A stretch of 63,923 nucleotides of DNA from Negaprion brevirostris (Eukaryota): positions 35,880,626 to 35,944,548 of the forward strand of contig JARDVH010000150.1 of assembly GCA_030324005.1 (NCBI GenBank). The letters are read 5' to 3'. Made by a program: the position numbers and the translations under genes. A model generated the notes under the pieces. It saw only the letters and a program-made list of their open reading frames with translations. It had not been told where the DNA came from and did no database searches. This document shows, piece by piece, positions 1 through 11,299 of this stretch (positions are counted from its first letter, which is position 1; every line of letters begins with the position of its first letter).

Positions 1-37
1 AGTCAATTTATAATGTTTAATCTCTGCTTTCTTACAG

Positions 38-358
38 ATGGACAGACTCTGACTCAGACTCCGGATTTGACAGTGGAACCGGGAAACACGGTCACAATGG
101 ACTGTAACACCGGAATCCGTAATAGCAATGCTGTGGGCTGGTACAAGCAGATCCCGGGATCAACTCCTCAGTGGGTCCTCAGCTTTTACCACTCATGGGA
201 TGCCCCTAGCTATGGTGCTGGGTTTAGCAGCGATCGATTTACATCCAGTGTCAAGAGTGACAACAGTATTTACCAGTTAATCATAAAGAATGTGGAGCTG
301 AATGATGCTGCCGTCTATTACTGTGGAACGTGGGTTTCTTCGAGCAGCACCAATGTGT
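38..358 (+). CDS. Ig light chain sigma V exon (germline, unrearranged, open frame)
   Basis: Acceptor ctttcttacag ends at 37 (phase 1). Reads GQTLTQ..TVTMDC..GWYKQIPG..QWVLSFYHSWDAPSYGAGFSSDRF..DAAVYYCGTW with both Cys and the Trp. The long CDR2 (YHSW..PSYG.GFSS) is typical of sigma V domains. Followed by a 12-RSS. Confidence 0.95.
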
Positions 359-386
359 CACAATGACAGAAGGTAAAACAAAAACT
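359..386 (+). promoter_or_regulatory. Recombination signal sequence, 12-bp spacer (V)
   Basis: CACAATG (359-365) + acagaaggtaaa (12 nt) + ACAAAAACT (378-386). Confidence 0.95.
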
Positions 387-697
387 GGCAACTGTAAATA
401 ACATACTGGCAATATTTTTGTAACTATTAGAACATATTGATGTTTTACATTTTATAAAATTACTTCAATATTGTCCTTAATGTAAAAGTTTCAAATTGAT
501 ATAATTTAATAATTGATAACAATCTGAATCTCACTACCCAGTATTGAGTGTTGATGACATTTTCCAACAACGTTGTGGGTGTTACTGTGAGTTCATTCCT
601 TATTGTCCCACACAGGAACACTGGGAATACATGAAGCCTGATTAATGCTGGACTGGAGAATCTGAAATGTGTTTTCTGTCTGATTTCCAGGATCAGG

Positions 698-736
698 GAT
701 AACTGTATGGACTGAATCCTAAAACATGACACTGTG
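698..736 (-). promoter_or_regulatory. Recombination signal sequence, 23-bp spacer (J1), non-consensus nonamer
   Basis: Plus strand GATAACTGT (698-706; 5/9 match to GGTTTTTGT) + 23 nt + perfect CACTGTG (730-736) abutting J. Confidence 0.85.
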
Positions 737-773
737 TGGGTGCTTGGCCAAGGGACCAAACTCTTTGTCGCAG
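737..773 (+). CDS. Ig light chain sigma J segment 1 (WVLGQGTKLFVA)
   Basis: xGQGTKL motif after the heptamer; donor G|GTAAGT at 773/774, phase 1, compatible with the C exon. Leu replaces the canonical Phe. Confidence 0.93.
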
Positions 774-783
774 GTAAGTGACT

Positions 784-793
784 GGAAATCCCC
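784..793 (-). promoter_or_regulatory. Candidate NF-kB site in J-C intron
   Basis: GGAAATCCCC (reverse complement GGGGATTTCC) fits GGGRNNYYCC; motif match only. Confidence 0.3.
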
Positions 794-1609
794 TTGAAAC
801 TAGCTGTGTGAGTTTAGAAAATTAGAAATTAGTTACTAATTCAAACTCAGTTATTTCTTAGTAACTACTTTTTAATTGTCAATTTTACAATGAAAGTGCT
901 GACTACATGTTTACTCTCCAGCACCAGTTCAGTTAATTATTGCTGTGTTTCTGGATATTGCTCCTGGATGCCTCAATTTGTGCTGCCTCTGACAGCGATG
1001 TTTCTACATATTACTACTATTTTTAATTAATCAGTGAACTAACTTTACAATATCTTTCCAACATTTCCAATGAAAACTCATCTTTTCTAACAATTGGTGC
1101 AGATAGATTTTTGATCCATTTCTGGTGCCATTTTTCCTAAAATCTTATTGAAGGGCAGACTTGGAGAAAGGGATAAATTCTGTTTCTCCCTCATTGTTAG
1201 GCTATTTTGTTCAACAGTTATGGAATCTTCTCACTACTGGGTGCATTGGGATGGCTTGAATCTAAAAAAATTCATTTGTGTAACCCCTTTAACATTATTT
1301 TAAAGGACTGTTATTGAAATGCCACTAAACACAACAGTCAATTATTATTCAGAAGTACTTTTTAGCAGTGTTGTTTCAAAGATTCCTGACCAGCACACCA
1401 GGATCTATCATATCCACCTGAAGTGCATAAGACATAGGAGTCATTTCAGAAAATCTTTTTCCAGGGAATAAAAAGACTACTACTCTGTTCACTTAGCATT
1501 CACTGATGTGTTGATCTTGAGCTAGTTCCAGACTCCATGTTTCCAATAGTCCACTCTCATTCCTGACTTTTTCTAGTATGTCTGTGACCGTCTATATGTG
1601 TTGCTTCCC

Positions 1610-1830
1610 ACCCCACTGATGAACTTAAATTTTTAATTAACTTTGCTTTCAGTTTCTGCCTTTCCTGCATCCATAGTGAACTCTTCCATTCTTTACTTGA
1701 TTTCTCTGTCTCCATTCTTGAATATCAGCTATCAATCCTTATCCACCATAAACCGACTATCTCTCACAGCCACCTTGCCCATACTTCTTGCGACCCTATT
1801 TCTTATCAGGACTCCATGCTAATCTTCCAG
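1610..1830 (+). mobile_element. Degenerate Penelope-like RT fragment in J1-C1 intron
   Basis: Broken frames give ELKFLINFA..DFSVSI..IHHKPT.SHSHL, resembling DLETFINFA..FLDLSVSI of the element at 30.1-30.4 kb. Confidence 0.55.
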
Positions 1831-3740
1831 CTTCTCCTGACCAAAAAAGTCATTTCAGACTTCACGAGTGCTGCCAGACTTGCTGAGTTTTTCCAGCACT
1901 TACTGTTTCTGTTCCAGTTTCTTTGTCTCCTTTTTAACTGTTGTGATGATGCCACCCTTGGTAGCAGTGTTTGTATGTTTTCCTTTTTCCTTAATCTGCT
2001 TCCCAACAACTTATGTCGTCCCTCAAATGTAATAAACACATCCAGGCACTTAACAAGAGTATTATAAAACAAAATATGACACAAAGCCACATAAAGAGAT
2101 TTTGACCAAGCCATTTTGAGGAGCCTCTTAAAAGAGGAAAGTGAGACGCAGAGGATGAGAGAGAGAACTGCAGAATTTAGGATCTTGAAAGCGAAGGGGC
2201 ATCCATCAATTATGCAGCAATTTCAAAGTGGGCATTTTCAACATTCAAGACAAGGCCAGTATTTGTTGTTCATCTCTAATTGCCCCTGAGAAGCCACCTT
2301 CTGGAATCACTGAAGTCCATAAGTTGTAGATATTTCACTGCTCCCCCCTCCCCACTGTGAATGTTTATAGAATGTTTGCATTCTGGTTCATTCCAAATAC
2401 TTTCAAACTAGGCAGTTGATCTTTTTCTCCAAATCAGGGAAAGACGAAAGGACATTTGAAATTTAAACAGACTGTCATTTCCCCAACAGCTGCTTCCACC
2501 CACAGCCAATCCCACCTTTCTGCACTGTTTGAGAGACCTTCGACTCCTCTGGCACCATCACATTCAACTCTCCAGCCTCTGAAGCACAGTGTCCTATTAA
2601 ACTCCACACACTGTCATCCCTGTCTCCCATTCACAGTCTCCTTGTTCATGCTGAAATTTTCCTCCCAACACCCATCAAAAGAGGCTCCATTCTTCAATTC
2701 CTCTGTTTTTCCCTTCCCTTCATTCTCATTCATTGACCTCATTGCTGCTGTGAGTCTTGTTACTATGATTCTATTGGTTGCACGTCCTGAGCCAGAAGGT
2801 CAGGTTTTGTGGTGAATTCACTGCAATGGTGATTCTCTCTGTAACTGGACAGTTAGGATTGACACTGGGGTGAAAGGTTTGCTGGTTTTGTGCTCCATGT
2901 TTGTCTTTGAGTTACTATCCAGACCTCATCCTTCACTGCTGGCTCAGTGTGGGCTGCTCCTGGTTGTCATATTGACACTGAGCCTGTAGCTTCATGTTGC
3001 TGCATCATGTACATTTGTGTGTCATTCAGCACTTGACAGTTTTTCTTTCTTTTAGAAAACGCTTTGCAATTTTCTATTTCTAACTTTTGTGTAGTTGGAT
3101 TTTGAGAATCGTCCTTCCCATTCCCACAGGCTCATGTCTAGGGAATTGTGAGCCCTCTTATCTCTTTCCAACTGACCGTTCATCCCTGATTAACCAGTAC
3201 AGTGAGTGTTGGCGAGTCATTGAATTGTTAAGAATCTACTCCTGTCTTCATCTCATCCCTACAACTGACCCTTTCAGTCAGGCAGGATGGGAGCATCCAA
3301 AATGGTCACTGGGTATCAGGTAGGAAAGAGGCTCTTAGTATTTTTGACCTCTCCAAAAACAGGCTAAATGTATGTGCAGTGAAACATCATGACAGACCAT
3401 TGACCAACTCTGGGATGGAGAATGAAATGTCCCTGCTACATTCACCCGAAGTCAACAATTTCACATTGACTGGGGATAGTATCTGGGGTCCGGAGGTGAA
3501 GGTCCCACAGTGAATGATGTTCTAATCCACAGACTCAGCAGGAGGATACTAAACAATAACTTTTACATCAAAATTAGTACTTCCTTTTTAATTTTAGATT
3601 GAACCTAAATAATCATCCAATAAACTTCTGGGGTCCATTATAGGAATAGCAACATTTCAAACCTGCTTCAATCAAACTCTGAAATGATCCCAAGTTTTTG
3701 TCCAACTTCATACAAACTTGTTTTCTGTTTCTGATTACAG

Positions 3741-4063
3741 CTCAGCGACTCCCTGCCCCTTCAGTGAAACTGCTGGCACCTTCAGCCGATGAGCTGTCCA
3801 CTAAAGGAGCCGGCACGTTAGTTTGCCTGGTCAGCAAACTGTCCATGGGCTTTGCTGCGGTCAGCTGGACAGTCGATGGGAGTCCGACAAGCAGTGATGT
3901 CCAAACCAGCGTCGCTTCGCGGAGTTCAGACAACACCTTCAGTCTCAGCAGCTACCTGACAGTCCCTGGCAGAGACTGGAGCAGTGGGAAGGTTTACTCC
4001 TGTATAGTTCAACAAGGAGCAGCTTCAAAAACAACCGCAACTGCCTCACAATCCAACTGTTAA
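3741..4063 (+). CDS. Ig light chain sigma C exon 1 (intact)
   Basis: Acceptor tttctgattacag ends at 3740. C1-set domain QRLPAPSVKLLAPS..TLVCLVSKLSMGFAAVSWTVDG..FSLSSYLTV..W..YSCIVQ..QSNC-stop with terminal interchain Cys; GFAxVSW is sigma-like. Confidence 0.95.
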
Positions 4064-4403
4064 ATAGATGGAAGTTTCATTGTGTCAGCTGCCTGAGTAA
4101 TTAGAATCACTTTATCTTCCTCCACCATTATCCACCCTCTCGCCTGGTACTTGCCGCATTTCATGTTTCTTTTTGCTTTACCTGATTCTGCTGTATTATT
4201 TGAATTGTTTGTATCTGAGGCTGGTTTTGTTCAGTCTCTCCCATTGCAAGAGGCTCTACCAGGGTTAATGTGACCAGTTACTTCGCTCCAATCAGGAATT
4301 TCACTGAAAATATGTGATTTGTTCAGTGCCACTGCTGGATTTAATGAAAATAGTTTATGATCAGCCAATCAGATTGGGAAATGACTGTCACTGTGTAATT
4401 TTC

Positions 4404-4409
4404 AATAAA
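4404..4409 (+). terminator. Polyadenylation signal of IgL C1
   Basis: First AATAAA I found after the stop (~340 nt), followed by a GT-rich tract ttgtgtgtgt. Confidence 0.75.
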
Positions 4410-4469
4410 GAGAATCTGTGCAGGAAATATTGTGTGTGTATATTCAAGTTGTCCATTTTTTTCAAACAA

Positions 4470-4972
4470 CTAAGCTACTCCCAATTTCCCACAATTGGCC
4501 CATATCCCTCCATACCCATCCTACCCATGTAACTGTCGAAATGCTTTTTAAAAGACAAAATTGTACCCGCCTCTACTCCTGTCTCTGGCAGCTTGTTCCA
4601 GACACTCACCACCCTCTGTGTGAAAAAATTGCCCCTCTCCTCTCACCTTAAACCCGTGCCCTCAAGTTCCAGTCTTCCTTACCTTAGAAAAAAGACATAG
4701 ATCAGTTAGGTAGTCAATACCCCTCATTAAGATCACCCCTAAGTCTTCTACGTTCCAGGGAAGAGTCCCAGTCTATCCAGCTGCTCCTTGTACCTCAAAC
4801 TATCAAATCCCGGTAGCATCTCAGCAAATCTTTTCTGCACACTTTCCAGTTTGATAATATCCTTTCTATAATAGGGTGACCAGAACTGTATACAGTTTTC
4901 CAAATATGGCCTTATCAATGTCTTGTAGAACTTCAACAAGATGTCCCAACAAGATGTATTCAATGTTCTGAC
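4470..4972 (-). mobile_element. CR1-clade LINE 3' fragment
   Basis: ORF 4748-4975: LLKFYKTLIRPYLENCIQFWSPYYRKDIIKLESVQKRF, the CR1 ORF2 C-terminus. Confidence 0.9.
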
Positions 4973-5289
4973 CATTGTCCCAACTGGAGCTGGCCATTAG
5001 TTTCTGGATGTTTTTACAAGTATCTTGTCTGGTTATAGGGTGAGGGTTCCATTGCCTGGTGGTGGTGAGTGTCTGGAAAAAAAGTTTCACAAGTTGGGCT
5101 GAAGGGCCTGTTTCCATGCTGTCTCTTAGAGAATCTTCCTGAAGCAACTCAACCTGTGGTTTGTATGTCCAATTTAAAAGAAATCTGGTCTTCTTTAAAG
5201 TCCAATATTTCCAGACATAATTCAATGTTTTCCTTTCATTATCATGACAACAGTACACAGTTCTGACAACTAGTGATGGCAGTAGCTCC

Positions 5290-5900
5290 TCCGAAGAGTG
5301 CAGCTCGTTGCAGAATCCACGTACCATGGGTGTTGGTGTACAAGAGGTGGGTATAAGACTAGAAAGCAATAGTGTTCGGAGATTCTATAGTTAGAGGAAC
5401 AGACAAGCTTTCCATTGGCAGGAAGGAATGTTGCCTCCTGAGTGACAAAGGCAAAAATGCCACTGAAGGGCTGCACAAATTGCAGAACAGATACGTTCCG
5501 TATCAGTACTAAGTAGAAAGAAGGATGAAGTCCTGCAGGCAGAATTTAGGGAACTGAAATGTCGCAAACCCTGGATTATTCCTGATGCCAAATGCTAATA
5601 AGGGTAGCAATCAGAGAATAGTGCAAATGGATGCATGGAGAGATGATTCAGGAGTGAGGGACATTGGGAAAGGTCCTTGTATGGTGAAACCCATACAAGC
5701 CTGACAGGTTGCACTCAGCAAAGCCAGGAAGCAGAATTGTGGCAGGGAGCATTGCTTATGCTTTTGAGGATCATTTAGACTGGTTTGGCAGGGGGACAGG
5801 AGCCTGAGTGGATTCACAAGGGAGAGAAACAAAGCTGGGAATGGAAGACAGAGAATTAATAAGCGAATATGGAAATCAAAGGGAACAAAGGAAATAAACA
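5290..5900 (+). mobile_element. Decayed CR1 ORF1 (esterase-like) fragments
   Basis: Similar by eye to the CR1 ORF1 pieces at 61.4-62.2 kb (e.g. atgttgcctcc, gaggtcc..gcag..tttaggga). Confidence 0.5.
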
Positions 5901-6381
5901 TTAAAGTATTAATGGTTTATACTCCTTTTACGCATTGTAAACCAATGTTTTGCTGTTTGATTAGTCATGTGATGTGTAGTGGCAACATCCGAGACATTCA
6001 AAACTAACACCTGGAAAGCAACTTTCTCCCCCTGAGCCCCTCACCTGTTTTTTTCTCTGTTTCCTCCCATTTCTGATATTTGTAGCCTAAAGGTGACAAT
6101 TACTTCAATCTGCCTGTTGCAGAGTCGAAATGGTCTCAACTTGCTATGGAGAGGCAAAAACTGACATCTGACCCCTCTGGATCATGCATTTGCTCATCCA
6201 ATGCCAATCAAAACTATTACCTTGAATGAGAAACTGCTTTTCCTGGCTTGGAAGTGACTGTTAAACTCACAGTGGGACACACGTCACAGTGTCAGAATGT
6301 AGTTCCTGGGAGACTTTGGATTGTTTATGGAAACCTTCGTGAGCAAAGGGCTAAGATTTGGAAGAGAAATTGAACAAAAAC

Positions 6382-6934
6382 AGGGCGTGATCTTAAGAAA
6401 AAAAAAGCCTAAGTACTGAACGAGTGAAAAACGGAAGTGAATGATGCAGATTTTCTTGGCGAGCCATGAGGCACACTTAGTGCAATGAAAGAGCCTCGAT
6501 GCAATTCTCGCTGGAATGGACTCCCTGGGCATGTGAATCATCCCCAAAGTGGCCACAGCTGTTTGGCATTAACAACAGAGAGCTGGATATAAGTGCTAAT
6601 GATGACAGTCATGCCAGGAAGATAGCACCAAGATGAAGAATCCCTAGATTCATGGAGGGAAAGCTGCTAGATGCTTTAGAAGAGAGGGTGGACATTATCT
6701 TCCTCCCTGACGGGCGCTGAGTCAGGGATCATGCAGACAATGACCCTGGGAGGCGGTGACGGTGTCAATCAGTGCCACTGCGCTGGCACGGAGGACTGGC
6801 CATCAGTGTGGGAAGGAAATAACTAACCTCATTCGGGCAGCAAGTGTGAGTGCCCATCCCATCAGTCTCATTTGTTGCGCCTGCAATGTGCAACACCCCC
6901 ACCTCCCCCCCGCCCCCCCCCCCCCCCGCCTTGC
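6382..6934 (+). mobile_element. PIF/Harbinger-type transposon relic with Myb/SANT-like ORF, runs into gap
   Basis: 6638-6845 reads, with a stop and frameshift, PRF..LLDALEERVDIIF..WEAVTVSISATALARRTGHQCGKEITNLIRAA, the trihelix Myb/SANT pattern of Harbinger accessory proteins; GC-rich. Confidence 0.65.
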
Positions 6935-9079
6935 NNNNNNNNNNNNNNNNNNNNNNNNNNNNNNNNNNNNNNNNNNNNNNNNNNNNNNNNNNNNNNNNNN
7001 NNNNNNNNNNNNNNNNNNNNNNNNNNNNNNNNNNNNNNNNNNNNNNNNNNNNNNNNNNNNNNNNNNNNNNNNNNNNNNNNNNNNNNNNNNNNNNNNNNNN
7101 NNNNNNNNNNNNNNNNNNNNNNNNNNNNNNNNNNNNNNNNNNNNNNNNNNNNNNNNNNNNNNNNNNNNNNNNNNNNNNNNNNNNNNNNNNNNNNNNNNNN
7201 NNNNNNNNNNNNNNNNNNNNNNNNNNNNNNNNNNNNNNNNNNNNNNNNNNNNNNNNNNNNNNNNNNNNNNNNNNNNNNNNNNNNNNNNNNNNNNNNNNNN
7301 NNNNNNNNNNNNNNNNNNNNNNNNNNNNNNNNNNNNNNNNNNNNNNNNNNNNNNNNNNNNNNNNNNNNNNNNNNNNNNNNNNNNNNNNNNNNNNNNNNNN
7401 NNNNNNNNNNNNNNNNNNNNNNNNNNNNNNNNNNNNNNNNNNNNNNNNNNNNNNNNNNNNNNNNNNNNNNNNNNNNNNNNNNNNNNNNNNNNNNNNNNNN
7501 NNNNNNNNNNNNNNNNNNNNNNNNNNNNNNNNNNNNNNNNNNNNNNNNNNNNNNNNNNNNNNNNNNNGTTCATTAGCTTGGAGGGAGATGTATAATAGTG
7601 TCCCATGGAGCCCAATGTTGGCTCCATTAATTCTGGTAAATATTAATAATCTGTATTAACACTGGGATTATAATCTCAATTTCTGGTTAGCACAATTGAA
7701 GAATGTGGTTAACTATGAAGAGACCTGTGTGCAACTTCAGAAGGATATAGACTGGTTAGAAGATGAAGCAGTTAGATTCAGTCCCTCAAGTCTTTTTTTT
7801 TTGTTCTATTTGCTCCTTGGTCATTTGTACCACAACTTCCTTTACCTGTGTTTAATTCATACCCTAGGATGCCCTTCCCTAATGAAACAAAATGACAATC
7901 CCCAATTTTCCCCTAGCACTCCAGATATTTGGGGGAATGAATTTCAGATTTCCATTACATTTTGTGTAGAAAAGTGCTTCCTGACTTTTCTCCCAAACGG
8001 CATAACTCTTAATTTTAAAATAATGCATCCCTCTTCTGGATATATAACTTTGCAAGCTTTGCAGTTATATATTTGTGTCCTACATCATCTAATCAATTGC
8101 TACTAGTCTCAATCAACAGTTCACTACCAATCAGAAGAGACTGAAGCTTTCTTAAAACTGCTATTCATCAGAGCAGCTTCATAACCCAAACTATTTCAAA
8201 CAGAATGTAATACAATTTAAACTAAATTTATAATTTATAAATTAAATGTTGAATTTAAACATTAAAATGTTTAATTTTTAAGCATTAAAAATGTTTAGTG
8301 TATAAATGAAAACATTTAAATGTTTTTTAAATGACATTAAAAAATGCCATTAAATGTTTGAATTGCAATTGAAGGTAATTGTTTAACTGGCTAAGTCACA
8401 GGTAAGATACACAGCTCTTTGTTTTTTTTACATAACTTGATGTGTTTGATTTATCTCCCTCCTAAGATAACCTCAGCATTTATCTTGCACCCCACTGCCT
8501 CCAGTTTATTCCTCAAGATCCATAGCTATTTTTTCAAATGCTTTCTATTTCTACCCTACAACCAAATTTCTGATGCACTGGTAGCTTTGCTCTGAAGCCA
8601 CTTCCTGGGAGGGCTCAATAGAATTCTGGGGTAACTCTCCACTTTCTCTCTAAAACACTCAGGATCGCAGCCCCATGTCCCAATTCTAGATAGTGAAGAT
8701 GTTTTGATTATTGCTCACAGAGTGAATCTGTCACCATGTTCCTGCAGAGATCAGAGGGATGTGTGGGGAGGATACTGTCCATGACATGTCCTTTGAGCCA
8801 GACTCCTTGATATTGGCATTTTATCTGTGGGTATAATATTACCTGTAAACGTGCCAGCAGACCTATTTGGTGAGCCTCTCTCCTCATAGTAAAGCTTGCT
8901 GAACATTGACAGCAGCCACTCCGTTGCTGCCACTATCCACTCTGAACTCTCTTGCTCAATGTCTCGCCTCACAATGAAGTCTCTCCCTCACTCTCCCTCC
9001 CTGCTCTGTAGCTGCTCTCTCCCCTGTAGCCATCTCTTCCCATTCCTTCACTCCCTTTTTAAAATGAATGTTTTACAGG

Positions 9080-10830
9080 GTGTGGCTGTCATTTATTGAC
9101 CATTGCTTGAGAAGGCAGTGGTGAACCACCTTCCTGAACTTCTGCAGTCCATGTGGTATAGGTACACCCGTGGTGCTGCTAGGGAGGGAATTTCAGGGTT
9201 TAATCCAGTGACAGTGAAGGAACAGTGATAAAGGTCATAGTCAGGATGGTGTGAATCTTGGAATGGAACTTGCAGGTGATGNNNNNNNNNNNNNNNNNNN
9301 NNNNNNNNNNNNNNNNGTAGAGGTCACATGTTTTGGAAGGTGCTATTGAAGGATCCTTGGTGGGTGTTGCAGTACATCTTGTAGATTAAACACACTGTTA
9401 CTAACGTGTCAGTAGTAGAGGGAGTAAGTACTGAAAGTGTTGGATGCAGTACCAATCAAGTGGACTCCTTTATTCTGGATGGTGTTGAGCTTCTTGAATG
9501 TTGTTGGAGCTGCACTCAGCCAGGCAAGAAGAGAATATTCAAATACATTCCTGACTTGTGTCTTTCAGATGTTGGACAGGCTTTGGGGAGTGAGGAAATG
9601 AGTTACTTGCTGCAGAATTTCCAACCTTTGATGTGCTCTTGAAGTCACGGTATTTAGGTGGTTGATCCAGTTCAGTTTCTGGTCAATGGTTAATTCAAGG
9701 GCGCTGATAGTGGGAGAATCAACAATGGTAAAGCTACTGAATGTCAAGGGGAGATGGTCAGAATCTGTCTTGTTCCAGATCGTCATTGTCTGGCACTTTT
9801 GTGGCACAAGCGTTACTGTTACTTATCAGCCCAAGCTTAGATATTGCCCGTGTCTTGTTGCATAAACTTCTAATCTAAGGAGTCACAAGTGATGCTGGAC
9901 ATTGTACAGTCATCGGCAAACATAAGCACTTCTGCCTTACAACGGGGGAAAGATCATTGATGAAACAGGTGGAGATGGTTGGGCCTAGGACACTACTCTG
10001 AGGCACTCCTGCAGTGATGTCCTGAAATGGACAATTGGCCTCCAATCCCCACAGTCATCTTCCTTTATGCTAAGTGTGACTCTAACCAGTGGAGTTTTCC
10101 CCTTATTTCCATCGACTCCAGTTTAACTTGGGCTTCTTGAATCAAATGCTCCCTCTATGACAAAGGCAGTCACTCTCACCTCACCTCTTGATATCAGTTA
10201 TATTGTCCATGTTTAGGTCAAGACTGTAATGAGGTTTGGAGCTGAGAGACCTTAGCAGAACCCAAACTGAGAGTCAGTGAGCAGGCTATTGCTGAGTAAG
10301 TGCTGCTTGTTAGCATTGTTGACAACCCCTTCCATCACTTTATTGATGATTGAGAATAGATTGATGAGGTGGAAATTGTCCAGGTTGGATTTGTCCTGCT
10401 TCTTGTGGACAGAACATGGGCAATACCTGGGCAATTTTCCACATTGGTGGGTGGATGCCAGTGTTGTAATTGTACTGGAAAAACTTGGCTAGGAGTGTAG
10501 TAGTTTCTTATCTACAAATCTTCAATGCTATTGTGGAATATTCTCAGGACCAGTTTTGCATTAACTGGTGCCTTCAGTTGTTTCTTCATGTGGAGTAAAT
10601 TGAATTAGTTGAAGACTGACATCTGGATTCTGGATACCTACAGATTAGGCCAATATTGATCATCCACTCGGCAGCCTTGGCTGAAGGTGGTTACAATGCT
10701 TCAACGTTGTCTTTTACACTGAAGTGCTGGGGCTCCCCTATCTTTGACAACAGGGAACATTTGTGGAGCTCCCTTCTCTGGGTAGTAGTTTAATTGTCCA
10801 CTACCATTCTGACTGGATGTGGTGGGACTG
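9080..10830 (-). mobile_element. Decayed CR1/L2-superfamily LINE RT region
   Basis: ORFs VHKKQDKSN..INLFSIINKVMEGVVN..LLTDSQFGF and LELTIDQKLNWINHLNTV..QRLEIL. Confidence 0.85.
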
Positions 10831-11299
10831 CAGAGCTTAGATCTCTACCTATTGTATGATCTTCCACCGTATGGTGTGCAACTTTTGCTGTGCTTTAGCT
10901 TCACCATCTTATCAATCTTATCCAAAATAGTATCAGCTAATTTGCAATTCAATCTCTTTGCCTTGTCTTCCAGACTTCACCTCCTGTCCAAACTTATCCA
11001 TCTGTGAACTTGTTATCACACTGCCAGGAAACAATCAAAATATTCTAACTGCATCACTATTGTGGATTTCTCTTCCATAAGCTATTCAACTGCAGGTGGC
11101 ATCACCACCATATGATCTTCTCCACTTTCTAATGACTTTAACTGCCAAACTTTAAGCTAGAATCCTCTGTCACTTTATTTTCTTTCCTCCTTTTCTAACT
11201 TCACTATTTCCAATTCCCTTTACTTTTTTTTCTCTCTTGCCTTTCTGCCTGTTCATCCTCTCTCTTTTTTTCTCCATTTCTTGCTTTCTTGATTTTCAC

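Noticed and set aside
13-37. ATG at 13 as start of the V protein
   Set aside because: It lies in the intron's pyrimidine tract before the acceptor at 37; the real leader exon is outside the window.
670-736. Conserved acceptor-like tgatttccag at 690 allowing a spliced, unrearranged J-C protein (surrogate-chain-like)
   Set aside because: All three frames hit stops before J; at most a sterile transcript.
38-773. Germline-joined VJ, as in some shark light chains
   Set aside because: V and J are separated by 378 nt with both RSSs present.
6756-7659. Long ORFs of 230-280 aa (also those near 25.4, 32.1, 38.3 and 60.8 kb)
   Set aside because: They run through N gaps.
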